From: an uncultured Pelagibacteraceae bacterium
GTDB lineage: Bacteria; Pseudomonadota; Alphaproteobacteria; Pelagibacterales; Pelagibacteraceae
NCBI GenBank assembly: GCA_902568465.1
Contig: CACFQR010000001.1
Span: 100,525-164,524 of the forward strand
Direction: 5' to 3'
Length of the DNA stretch: 64,000 nt
Position numbers and translations under genes: made by a program. Below the pieces are notes generated by a model that searched no databases, had not been told where the DNA came from, and saw only the letters and a list, made by a program, of their open reading frames with translations. The stretch's first letter is position 1. Every line of letters begins with the position of its first letter. Below, in pieces: positions 29,569 to 38,870 of this stretch.

Positions 29569-29845
29569 AAAGCTGTTAATAAATTCTTAGTAAAGCTCCA
29601 TATACATAATTTTTTTATTATTTTTAAATATATTAAATAATCCAAACAACAAATTAACAAAGTTATATACGTTAATAAAATATAAACAAATTGTTATAAT
29701 TTATACAAAAAGTAGCATTTTTAATAAAATCAATAAGTTATAATGTATTTTAATAACAAACTGGAATAATAAACTGTATACAACTAATAAATAACATTAT
29801 TAACAAACTATATTACTAATACTATTAAATATTAATTATATATGT
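29569..29845. other. Candidate chromosomal replication origin (hemE-linked, alphaproteobacterial type) that also holds divergent promoters
   Basis: Longest non-coding stretch in the window, about 14% G+C by hand count. It lies between DUF299 and hemE, which is the conserved origin position in Caulobacter and Rickettsia. It contains repeated TAACAAA(C/G)T motifs and only degenerate DnaA-box-like 9-mers. Confidence 0.5.
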
Positions 29846-30856
29846 ATGGAAGCTAAACTTTATAAATGTATTAAGGACGGAAAGACTGATTATACACCTA
29901 TCTGGTTTATGAGACAGGCTGGAAGATATCTTCCTGAGTTTATGGAAATAAGAAAAAAAAATCCAGATTTCATTAAATTGTGTTTAAACGATAGATTGTC
30001 AGCCGAAATATCTCTTCAACCTATAAGAAGATTTGATTTAGATGCTGTTATAATATTTTCTGATATTTTGATGATCCCCTATGGTCTCGGACAAAAAGTT
30101 GAATTTAAAAAAGGAATTGGACCTATTCTAGGAGATTTAAATTTTAATGTTATTCTTAATACAAAAACAAAAGATTTTATTGAAAAATTATCTCCAATTT
30201 ATAAAGCAATAACAATAGTTAAAAAAAACCTTAAAAACAAAAATCTTATTGGTTTTGCTGGAGCGCCCTGGACACTTTTATTGTACATGTTAAATAAACA
30301 ATCTCCAAAAAATAATTTTGATATAAACAAAATAATAAAAAGTAAGAGTTTAATGAGAGATTTAATTTTAAAATTAGAAGATATTATTTTTCTGCACACA
30401 AAAGAACAAGTTAATGCCGGAGCAGATGTTATTCAAATATTCGATTCTTGGGCTGGACTATTGCCAAAAGATAAGCTTTCTGAATATTGCTATATTCCCA
30501 CTTCCAAAATAGTAAAAAATATAAAATCATTAGAAGTCCCTGTAATTTGTTTTCCGAGAGGAATAGGTGATAATTATTCTGATTTTTGTTCAGCAGTTAA
30601 ACCAAGCTGTATTAGTATAGATTATGAAATTGATCCAAAACAGATAAAAGAAAAGCTACATGGAACACCAATACAAGGAGGATTAGATCCAAAAATATTA
30701 TTAGGACCAAAAGAAGAGATTAAAAAAAATGTTGAAAAATATCTTGATGCATTCAAAGATTACCCTTACATTTTTAATTTAGGACACGGTGTATTGCCAG
30801 AAACTAAACCAGAGACAATCGAATATATAATTCAGATAGTAAGAAATAAAAAATAA
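29846..30856 (+). CDS. hemE: Uroporphyrinogen decarboxylase
   Basis: PIWFMRQAGRYLPEF signature, full length. Confidence 0.95.
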   Translation: MEAKLYKCIKDGKTDYTPIWFMRQAGRYLPEFMEIRKKNPDFIKLCLNDRLSAEISLQPIRRFDLDAVIIFSDILMIPYGLGQKVEFKKGIGPILGDLNFNVILNTKTKDFIEKLSPIYKAITIVKKNLKNKNLIGFAGAPWTLLLYMLNKQSPKNNFDINKIIKSKSLMRDLILKLEDIIFLHTKEQVNAGADVIQIFDSWAGLLPKDKLSEYCYIPTSKIVKNIKSLEVPVICFPRGIGDNYSDFCSAVKPSCISIDYEIDPKQIKEKLHGTPIQGGLDPKILLGPKEEIKKNVEKYLDAFKDYPYIFNLGHGVLPETKPETIEYIIQIVRNKK

Positions 30857-30857
30857 A

Positions 30858-31877
30858 ATGAGAAAAGCGGTTATTCTATTTAATTTAGGAGGGCCAGATA
30901 AATTAGAAAGCGTTGAGCCATTTCTTTTTAATTTATTTAACGATCCTGCGATAATAAGCATACCATCAATTATAAGATATCCTTTGGCAAAATTTATTTC
31001 AAAAAAAAGAGCCCCGATAGCCAAAAATATTTATAGGGAAATTGGAAACAAATCTCCAATACTTGAACTTACCCAAAACCAAGCAAAAAGTTTAGAAAAT
31101 AGTTTATTAAGAAAGGGAGAATATAAATGTTTTATTATTATGCGCTGCTGGCACCCACGTGCCACAGAAGTAATAAAGAAGGTCAAAGAATATAATCCAA
31201 ATGAAATAATTCTTTTACCTCTTTATCCTCAATTCTCTGCCTCTACTTCAGGTTCATCTATTAAAGAATGGAATGATTTGTGTAAAAAAGAAAATTTGAA
31301 TATAGAAACAAAAACTATTTGTTGTTACCCAACAGAAAATAACTTTTTAGAGTCACACGCCGAACTTATAAAAAAAACAATAAACAATTTAGATAAAAAT
31401 TTTAAGTTGCTCTTCTCTGCCCACGGTTTGCCAGAAAATAAAATAAAAAAAGGCGATCCTTATCAATGGCAAGTAGAGCAGACTGTTCAAGGGATAATGT
31501 CCAAATTAAAAGATAGAAACTTGGATTATACAATAAGTTACCAAAGTCGCGTAGGACCCCTAAAATGGATAGGGCCATCCACTGATGAAGTAATTATTAA
31601 ATATTCCAAAGAAAAAAAAGGCATCGTTATAGTCCCTGTGGCTTTTGTGTCAGAACATTCTGAAACCTTAGTAGAGTTAGATATTGAATATAAAAAATTA
31701 GCAGAAAAAAATGGTTGCAGTTTTTACAAAAGAGTACCAGCACTAGGGATTGAGGAAAATTTTATTAATGGTCTAACAAAACTAGTTTTACAAAAAGAGA
31801 CAAGAGGAAATTTTGTTTCATCCGTGATGTGTCCTGATAAATATAAAAAATGCCCATGCTTAGCAACAAAGAGCTAA
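30858..31877 (+). CDS. hemH: Ferrochelatase
   Basis: ILFNLGGPD, LPLYPQFS, FSAHGLP, and FVSEHSETL motifs. Confidence 0.95.
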   Translation: MRKAVILFNLGGPDKLESVEPFLFNLFNDPAIISIPSIIRYPLAKFISKKRAPIAKNIYREIGNKSPILELTQNQAKSLENSLLRKGEYKCFIIMRCWHPRATEVIKKVKEYNPNEIILLPLYPQFSASTSGSSIKEWNDLCKKENLNIETKTICCYPTENNFLESHAELIKKTINNLDKNFKLLFSAHGLPENKIKKGDPYQWQVEQTVQGIMSKLKDRNLDYTISYQSRVGPLKWIGPSTDEVIIKYSKEKKGIVIVPVAFVSEHSETLVELDIEYKKLAEKNGCSFYKRVPALGIEENFINGLTKLVLQKETRGNFVSSVMCPDKYKKCPCLATKS

Positions 31878-32677
31878 AAGATTATAAAGATAATGGATTT
31901 ATAGCCCCTATAGATGTTTTGTCTTTAGAAGAAGCGGAGGAAATAAAAAAAGAAATCGAAAATATTGAAAAAAAATGGCCAGATCAATTAGTTGGGCTGG
32001 GCAGAAATAATGTTCATTACATATCGCCTATCTTCGATCAAGTTTGTCATAATTCAAAAATTTTAGACGCTGTAGAAAGTATTATTGGCAAAGATATTTT
32101 AGTTGGTGGCACCACGTTATTTATAAAAGACCCAGATAAAAAAGGTTTTGTAAGTTGGCATCAGGATGCAAAATATATTGGTTTTGAACCTTATAATTGG
32201 GTAACCGCATGGTTAGCCATTACAGATGCTAATGAAGAAAATGGTTGTATGAGAATGTGGTCGGGATCTCATAAAGAAAAAATTAAAGATCATAAAGATA
32301 CATATGATCAAAATAATTTATTAACACGCGGTCAAACTGTTCAAAATGTTCCAATTGAAAAAACTAAACTTAACATACTTAAAGCTGGTCAATTATCCCT
32401 TCACCATCCAATGATTGTTCATGGATCCGGGCCGAATAAAAGCAATCAAAGAAGAATTGGATTTGTTATACAAAGCTATATAGGAACCAATGTTGATCAA
32501 GTATTAGGCAAGGTCTTTGTGCAACAAGCAAGAGGAAAAGATACATTTAGATACCACGAACATGCAAAAAGGCCTGTTGAATTAATGAGTAAAAAAGACA
32601 TAGAATTAAAAAATAAAGCAAACGAGGAATTGTCAAAAATCTTTTATAAAGATGCTAAAAAAATAGGAAAATTTTAA
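31850..32677 (+). CDS. Phytanoyl-CoA dioxygenase (PhyH) family Fe(II)/2-oxoglutarate oxygenase
   Basis: WHQD iron-binding motif, a distal HGSGPN...R motif, and a typical PhyH N-terminus (YKDNGFI). Confidence 0.8.
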   Translation: MPMLSNKELKDYKDNGFIAPIDVLSLEEAEEIKKEIENIEKKWPDQLVGLGRNNVHYISPIFDQVCHNSKILDAVESIIGKDILVGGTTLFIKDPDKKGFVSWHQDAKYIGFEPYNWVTAWLAITDANEENGCMRMWSGSHKEKIKDHKDTYDQNNLLTRGQTVQNVPIEKTKLNILKAGQLSLHHPMIVHGSGPNKSNQRRIGFVIQSYIGTNVDQVLGKVFVQQARGKDTFRYHEHAKRPVELMSKKDIELKNKANEELSKIFYKDAKKIGKF

Positions 32678-34039
32678 ATGAAAAAACTTTTAGGGATCGT
32701 GGTTCTGGGTTTGTTGTTAGCTTCAAGCAATCTATTTGCTGAGAGTTCTAAACTAAATAAGTTTAATCAGTGGCTTTTTGAAAATGGATATCATCAATAT
32801 GTAAACTTGGAACAAAACCCAGTATGCAAAGAAGAACCAAAATATAGTCAAGCTTGGTATTTACAAAATTGTGATAAATTTCAAGGATCTAACAATCTAA
32901 ATATCAAAATAAAAAATAAAGAATTATCAGGTACTAATATTGCCTATCATTCAAACCCAAATAGAGACTCGCTGATTTATTATTTATGGAAATACTCGTA
33001 TAGAGACAGAAGTTCACATTTAAAAGAGTTTAAACCTACAAATAATTCATACGATTTTAAATTTAACTTAATTGAAGATAAATTTTTAAAAAAGCAAATG
33101 AAAACTAAAGGCATCTTAAGCTATTTATATTACCAAGATGGCGAAGTATTGATTGATGAATTTTCTCCGAAAGAAAGACTGGGAGAGTTTTTAAATAATG
33201 AGACAAAATTTTACTCAATGTCAATGGGTAAGTCAGTAACTTCTTATTTATTAGGTCATGCCATATGTGATGGCTACATTGATGGAGTTGATGCAAGAGT
33301 AAACGACTGGCCTGTAATAAAAGATTCACTTTATCATGATCAAAAATTAATTAATTTTTTAAATATGAATACTGGTGATCAAAAATACATTGATGAATTT
33401 GAAGATGGTACGAGTGCATTAGGTGCATATGAAGATAGAGATATTGAATCAACTATGCGTTTACACTTTAGAAACAAAAATACAAAAAAATCTAAGGATA
33501 TATACAATTACAATGGATTTGTTACTCAGTTAATTTTGAACTATATGAAATTTAAAATCGGTGAAGATTATGACAAATTTTATAGCAAAGTTTTCAATGG
33601 TAAAGTAAAGATCAAAAATAGCATTCGTTATGGTTTTACTAGTCTTCAAGAAAAAAATGGAAATGGACATCCCAACATAATGGCAACTAGATTTGACTAT
33701 CTTAGAATAGCAAAAGCTATAATGGATGATTATCAGAATGATACTTGTGTTGGAAAATATTTAAAAGAAATTTATAAAAGAAGAATACCAAAATTAAATC
33801 AAGAAAATAACGAGCCTGCATTTAATCGTACAAAATCATATGGGGGTCAATTTCATATGGATTTTCCAGGATTAAAAGACAAAATTATATTTGGTATGGG
33901 TGGCTATGGTGGGAATGTTATTTTAATTGATGTGGAAAATTCAAGAATACTGGTTCTAAATTCACTTCATTATAATAATAAAAAATATAAATATAATCAC
34001 AAAAAACTAATATTAGATCCATTTAAAAAAGGTAAATGA
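32678..34039 (+). CDS. Secreted serine hydrolase, beta-lactamase/transpeptidase-like fold
   Basis: Signal peptide, SxxK (SMGK) in an FYSMSMGKSVTSYLLG context, and a C-terminal GMGGYGGNVILID...ILVLNS pattern typical of the family. Confidence 0.55.
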   Translation: MKKLLGIVVLGLLLASSNLFAESSKLNKFNQWLFENGYHQYVNLEQNPVCKEEPKYSQAWYLQNCDKFQGSNNLNIKIKNKELSGTNIAYHSNPNRDSLIYYLWKYSYRDRSSHLKEFKPTNNSYDFKFNLIEDKFLKKQMKTKGILSYLYYQDGEVLIDEFSPKERLGEFLNNETKFYSMSMGKSVTSYLLGHAICDGYIDGVDARVNDWPVIKDSLYHDQKLINFLNMNTGDQKYIDEFEDGTSALGAYEDRDIESTMRLHFRNKNTKKSKDIYNYNGFVTQLILNYMKFKIGEDYDKFYSKVFNGKVKIKNSIRYGFTSLQEKNGNGHPNIMATRFDYLRIAKAIMDDYQNDTCVGKYLKEIYKRRIPKLNQENNEPAFNRTKSYGGQFHMDFPGLKDKIIFGMGGYGGNVILIDVENSRILVLNSLHYNNKKYKYNHKKLILDPFKKGK

Positions 34040-34785
34040 AAAAACTTTTTATAATTGCAAGTTTTATTTTTTTATCATCTAGCTTTGCTTTTTCTGAAGA
34101 TTGGAAAATTAAAAATAAATGGAAAGTTTCCTGTGGAATAGCCGATAAAGAATCTCTAGTTGTAAATGGCAAACCAAAAAAAAGTTACAATAAAAAAGAG
34201 TTTAAATTAGAAAGTGTTGTATTTAAGCTTGATAAAGGAGATGTTGGAAGCTGTCCTGCGGACAAAAAATCAGGTACTCACGGTGGTTATCCTTATGCAG
34301 GTCGACAAGAAATTACTCACAAATTACCTATAGGCCACACCATATTTGAAACAGATATATTTGTTGAAGGGGCGCCACAACATCGTTCTACAGTTTTCCA
34401 AATTCATGATGGAAGAAATAAAGGCGCACCACCATCTTGGATAGGCGTAGGAATGGATTGGAAAATAAAATATAAATTTCCAAAAGGAGAATGTTCACCA
34501 GAAAACTGTAAAGAATTTAAAAAATCTTTTTTAAAACCTGGGAAAAAATATAGATTTAAAGCAGATATCAACTACCAAAGAAAAGCAAAAAATCTATCCG
34601 TTAAATACTATTTGAATGATGAGTTAATTGCGCAGCATTTAAATGTGCCTTTGTCAAAAAAGAAAACGGATGGTCCGTATGGCCCCAGCAAGCCCTATAT
34701 AAAAATAGGAATTTATAGAATTGGAGAGACGGGAACTACTAGTTTTGCTTATAATAATTTAATTATAAAAAATAAGAAAAAATGA
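34036..34785 (+). CDS. Secreted protein with polysaccharide-lyase-like (jelly-roll) motifs; paralog of the next gene
   Basis: Signal peptide. Colinear motifs are shared with the next ORF: GRQEI / RERVEL, FQIHDG..PP / GQFHNDGDNPP, and KIGIYR / HLGIYR. The family assignment is from memory of the Pfam Polysacc_lyase pattern. Confidence 0.45.
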   Translation: MKKLFIIASFIFLSSSFAFSEDWKIKNKWKVSCGIADKESLVVNGKPKKSYNKKEFKLESVVFKLDKGDVGSCPADKKSGTHGGYPYAGRQEITHKLPIGHTIFETDIFVEGAPQHRSTVFQIHDGRNKGAPPSWIGVGMDWKIKYKFPKGECSPENCKEFKKSFLKPGKKYRFKADINYQRKAKNLSVKYYLNDELIAQHLNVPLSKKKTDGPYGPSKPYIKIGIYRIGETGTTSFAYNNLIIKNKKK

Positions 34786-35870
34786 AAAAAATTTTAATAA
34801 TTTTTGTTTTAGGTTTACTATTTTGCAGCAATGGTTTTGCTGATGTTAAAGATGTTAAAAATGTTCTTAAAAAAATAAAATACAATGAAGATATATCAAC
34901 AGGGTTTAAAAAATTTAGAGATTCAGGGGAAGATGGAAAAACTAATAATTGGCGAGTTACGCCTTCGGCAATGCTTAAATCTAAACCAGGACCTGGTAAA
35001 CATGTTTTACAAATAGTTAAAAAATCTGATGGTCATCCTGTTAGACTTGGAAAAGAGTCAATTAGAATTGAGGTTAGAAATGGAGATGCATGGGGTTGGG
35101 ATGTAAAAAATGATAGGGAAAGAGTTGAGTTAATTATTTGTTGTGCAAGTAAAACAACATGGAATGCATGGTCAATATATTATCCTAATGACTTTAACGT
35201 TATATTCCCAGTAAAAGCTGCTATGGGACAATTTCATAATGATGGTGATAATCCACCGCAATTTATGTTTCAAAATCAAGGAAGTCCGCGAGGAAAAGAA
35301 GGAGGAGGATATTGGATAGAAACCGATGAATCAATAGGAGGTGATAATATACCTATTAAACTCTTGGATAAAAATGAAGTACTTGGAACATGGAATGATA
35401 TTTTAGTTAATGCTAAGTGGACACATAATGAAGATGGTTTTTTTAAAGTTTGGATTAACGGAAAACTTTCATATTATTATAAAGGAATGACCCAAATCAA
35501 AGGTGATCGTATTGAACATCATCTTGGTATTTATAGATCTTACCTATCAAGACGACCTGGTCCAGAACCTACGCAAATAGTATATTACGACGAAATGCGT
35601 TATGCGAAATCTTGCAAAAAACTTAAATTAGAAAATCTAGGTTATTCTTGTGAGAAATTAGAAAATCAAACAGCAAAAAAAATTGATACTCCTGAAGAAT
35701 TTTCTAACAATTTTATAGCAGTTATAAAAAGTAAAGATGATACAAGCTATATGGTTAAAGTCATTGGCGCATCAAAGAAACTTGCAGAGAAAAAAGGCCT
35801 TAAGAAATGCAAGGAAACTGGAAATACAGTGTGCTATGTTCATTATTCAGGACTAAAACCAGAGTATTAA
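34782..35870 (+). CDS. Secreted protein with polysaccharide-lyase-like motifs and a C-terminal extension
   Basis: Signal peptide, the same three motifs as the previous ORF, and an extra Cys-containing domain of about 70 aa at the C-terminus. Confidence 0.45.
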   Translation: MKKILIIFVLGLLFCSNGFADVKDVKNVLKKIKYNEDISTGFKKFRDSGEDGKTNNWRVTPSAMLKSKPGPGKHVLQIVKKSDGHPVRLGKESIRIEVRNGDAWGWDVKNDRERVELIICCASKTTWNAWSIYYPNDFNVIFPVKAAMGQFHNDGDNPPQFMFQNQGSPRGKEGGGYWIETDESIGGDNIPIKLLDKNEVLGTWNDILVNAKWTHNEDGFFKVWINGKLSYYYKGMTQIKGDRIEHHLGIYRSYLSRRPGPEPTQIVYYDEMRYAKSCKKLKLENLGYSCEKLENQTAKKIDTPEEFSNNFIAVIKSKDDTSYMVKVIGASKKLAEKKGLKKCKETGNTVCYVHYSGLKPEY

Positions 35871-35871
35871 A

Positions 35872-36315
35872 ATGAATACATATTTATTATTTAAATCAAT
35901 TCATCTAATAGCCGTGATTTCTTGGATGGCGGGGCTTTTGTATTTACCTAGAATATTTGTTTATCATAGCGAGGCCATTAGAGATAATAAATCTGAAGAT
36001 ATGATGTCTACCTTTAAGGTTATGGAAAGAAGACTTTTCATTTATATTATGAATCCTGCGATGATCATATCTTGGATATTTGGAATGTTGTTAATTCATA
36101 CGATTGGTATGGATAATTTTGGTTCTCTCTGGCTTCAGTTAAAATTCATTTTTGTGATTATATTAACCATTTACCATTTCTTTTTGTTTCAATGTCTAAG
36201 AAAATTTGCTGAAAATAATAGCTCCTATTCACCCAAATTTTATAGAATTATCAACGAAATACCTACTGTTTTGCTAATAGCTATCGTGCTTGTTGTAGTA
36301 TTTAAACCATTATGA
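35872..36315 (+). CDS. hemJ: Protoporphyrinogen IX oxidase HemJ (UPF0093 family)
   Basis: KSIHLIAVISWMAGLLYLPRIFVYH signature, 4 TM, and the position upstream of rho typical for alphaproteobacteria. Confidence 0.8.
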   Translation: MNTYLLFKSIHLIAVISWMAGLLYLPRIFVYHSEAIRDNKSEDMMSTFKVMERRLFIYIMNPAMIISWIFGMLLIHTIGMDNFGSLWLQLKFIFVIILTIYHFFLFQCLRKFAENNSSYSPKFYRIINEIPTVLLIAIVLVVVFKPL

Positions 36316-36380
36316 GACTTGTAATTTTATAAAAAGGCATTATATTTATAACACGTTTTCCATTAATAAAAATCCCACAT

Positions 36381-37655
36381 ATGAATTTAGAAGAATTAAA
36401 AAAGAAGACACCCGCGGAGCTTATAACCCAAGCTGAAAAGCTTGAGATAGAGAACCCTAGTACACTAAGAAAACAGGAAATTCTTTTTGCTATATTAAAA
36501 AAACTTGCTCAAAAAAATGAACAAATTACTGGCGGCGGAGTTTTAGACGTATTGCAAGATGGATTTGGTTTTTTGAGAGCTATAGAATCTAATTATTTAC
36601 CTGGCCCTGACGATATTTATGTTAGTCCAAGTCAAATAAGAAGATTTGGTTTAAGAACAGGAGATTCCGTTGAAGGTGAGATTAGAGCTCCTAAAGATGG
36701 TGAAAGATATTTTGCTTTACTTAAAGTTGATAAAATTAATTTTGACAATCCAGAAAAAGCAAGAAACAAAATTGCTTTTGACAATTTAACCCCTCTTTAT
36801 CCAGACAAACAGTTAAAAATGGAAATTGAAAAAGTAAAAACTGAAAAAAAACCCGATCTAACTGCAAGATTAATCGATTTAGTAAGTCCCATCGGTAAAG
36901 GACAAAGATCCTTAATAATTTCTCCTCCTAAAGCTGGTAAAACTATAATTTTACAAAATATTGCGCATTCGTTGGCTGAAAATCATCCTGAGTGTTATCT
37001 TATGGTCTTATTAATAGATGAAAGACCTGAAGAAGTTACAGACATGCAAAGGTCTGTCAAAGGCGAAGTTATAAGCTCAACTTTTGATGAACCGGCTTCT
37101 AGGCACGTTGCTGTTGCTGAAATGGTCATTGAGAAAGCAAAAAGATTAACAGAGCATAAAAAAGATGTAGTAATTTTGTTAGATTCTATAACCCGTCTTG
37201 GCCGTGCCTATAATGCTGTTGTGCCAAGCTCAGGTAAAGTTTTAACTGGTGGTGTTGATGCTAATGCACTTCAAAGACCTAAAAGATTTTTTGGTGCGGC
37301 AAGAAATATAGAACAAGGAGGATCTTTAACCATTATATCAACCGCATTAGTAGATACTGGAAGTAGAATGGATGAAGTAATTTTTGAAGAATTTAAAGGT
37401 ACAGGTAATAGTGAGCTAATTTTAGATAGAAAAATTTCTGATAAAAGAATTTTTCCTGCAATAGATATCACAAGATCAGGAACAAGAAGAGAAGAGCTCT
37501 TATTTAAAAATGACGATTTGCTTAAAATGAACGTTTTAAGAAAAATATTAAGTTCTATGGGAACAATGGATGCTATAGAATTTCTTTTATCAAAATTAAA
37601 AAATACAAAAAATAATGCTGATTTTTTTATTTCAATGAATAAACCAGCAAAATAA
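36381..37655 (+). CDS. rho: Transcription termination factor Rho
   Basis: N-terminal domain ([14 protein letters not shown]), Walker A (PPKAGKT), and [12 protein letters not shown]. Confidence 0.97.
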   Translation: MNLEELKKKTPAELITQAEKLEIENPSTLRKQEILFAILKKLAQKNEQITGGGVLDVLQDGFGFLRAIESNYLPGPDDIYVSPSQIRRFGLRTGDSVEGEIRAPKDGERYFALLKVDKINFDNPEKARNKIAFDNLTPLYPDKQLKMEIEKVKTEKKPDLTARLIDLVSPIGKGQRSLIISPPKAGKTIILQNIAHSLAENHPECYLMVLLIDERPEEVTDMQRSVKGEVISSTFDEPASRHVAVAEMVIEKAKRLTEHKKDVVILLDSITRLGRAYNAVVPSSGKVLTGGVDANALQRPKRFFGAARNIEQGGSLTIISTALVDTGSRMDEVIFEEFKGTGNSELILDRKISDKRIFPAIDITRSGTRREELLFKNDDLLKMNVLRKILSSMGTMDAIEFLLSKLKNTKNNADFFISMNKPAK

Positions 37656-37658
37656 TAA

Positions 37659-38387
37659 TCAAATACCTAAAATTTCTTTTTTAAATTTCGAGTAAAGAAT
37701 ACTTGAATATTCATTCATCTGATTCATATTTAATTTAGCGTCTTTATCAAATTTTTCTAGTGCGTTGTTACCAAGCTCTTTTTCTAAAGCCGTTTTATAT
37801 TCGGGCACACAACCCCATTCGTGAACTGTAGTATTTTTAACTTCGATATGAAATTGAATACCATAAGCATGATTTTTATATTTGAAAATTTGATATTTAG
37901 TATTTGGAGAAGAGGCTAAAAGTGTTACATCTTTATTATTTTCAAGATTAACAACCTCATAAGAGTGCCATTGCAGAGCTTTTATTTTCTCAGGAAATGT
38001 TGAGAAAATAATATCATTTTCTTTTTTTTTTAAAAAATTTATTTCTAACATTCCAATTTCAGATTTTTTTGATTTAATAACTTTTCCTCCAATTACCTCA
38101 CCTAAAAGTTGGCAGCCTAGGCAAAAACCTAAAAAAGGTTTTTTTAAGTCAATTACAAATTCCTTTATTTTTTTTTTCTCTTCTACAAGCCATGGATATT
38201 TTTTTTCCATCCAAGTGTCCATGGGGCCTCCCATACAGAACATTCCATCAAATTTATTTAAATCTTTAGGAATTTTTTCATTTTTGTCTAATTCTATAGT
38301 TGTTAAATTGAAGCCATCTTTAATCATTAGATCTTTTATGTACCCAGGATCTTCCACTTTTATGTGTTGTAAGACAATTATCTCCAT
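37659..38387 (-). CDS. Class I glutamine amidotransferase (GuaA-type GATase domain protein)
   Basis: Nucleophile elbow (GFCLGCQLL) and a GIQFHIE histidine motif. Confidence 0.8.
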   Translation of the reverse strand: MEIIVLQHIKVEDPGYIKDLMIKDGFNLTTIELDKNEKIPKDLNKFDGMFCMGGPMDTWMEKKYPWLVEEKKKIKEFVIDLKKPFLGFCLGCQLLGEVIGGKVIKSKKSEIGMLEINFLKKKENDIIFSTFPEKIKALQWHSYEVVNLENNKDVTLLASSPNTKYQIFKYKNHAYGIQFHIEVKNTTVHEWGCVPEYKTALEKELGNNALEKFDKDAKLNMNQMNEYSSILYSKFKKEILGI

Positions 38388-38830
38388 AAAGTTTCCATCT
38401 TTAATAACTCTTTTTTTAACTTTAAACCACCCGATGAGGAAAACCCACCTAATGAACCGTCTGATCTAATAACTCTATGACATGGTACTAATAAAAGTAA
38501 ATTATTTTGACCGCATATTTTACCAACATAACGTGGTGATAAATTATGTTTTTTTGCTATTTCACCGTAGCTTTTGGTTTTGCCAATCTTAATTTTTTTT
38601 AATTCTCTCCATACCTTTTTTTGAATTTTGTTACCTTTTAAAATATAAGGTGCTTTAATTTTTTTGGTTTCAAGATTTGAAAATTTTTGTAAATTTCTTA
38701 AAAGTTTAACCAAAACTTTACTATTTGTTTGCTTTTTCTCTTTCCCAAACTTTATTTTGAATATTTTACCCTCACTTTCAAAGGCAGTAATCCAGCCAAA
38801 TTTGGTTTTTATAGATTTTTTTTTTATCAT
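38378..38830 (-). CDS. ogt: Methylated-DNA--protein-cysteine methyltransferase
   Basis: PCHRVI active-site motif and SYGEIA helix-turn-helix. Confidence 0.85.
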   Translation of the reverse strand: MIKKKSIKTKFGWITAFESEGKIFKIKFGKEKKQTNSKVLVKLLRNLQKFSNLETKKIKAPYILKGNKIQKKVWRELKKIKIGKTKSYGEIAKKHNLSPRYVGKICGQNNLLLLVPCHRVIRSDGSLGGFSSSGGLKLKKELLKMETLWR

Positions 38831-38870
38831 TTTTTAATTAATTATATCAGGTTATGATAGAAAGAAAAAA

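Noticed and set aside
29569-29845. CtrA-type TTAA-N7-TTAA sites in the candidate origin.
   Set aside because: I checked every TTAA in the spacer. Only one-mismatch versions occur (for example TTAA-N7-TTAG at 29576 and TTAA-N7-TTAT at 29825), and that is uninformative in DNA this AT-rich.
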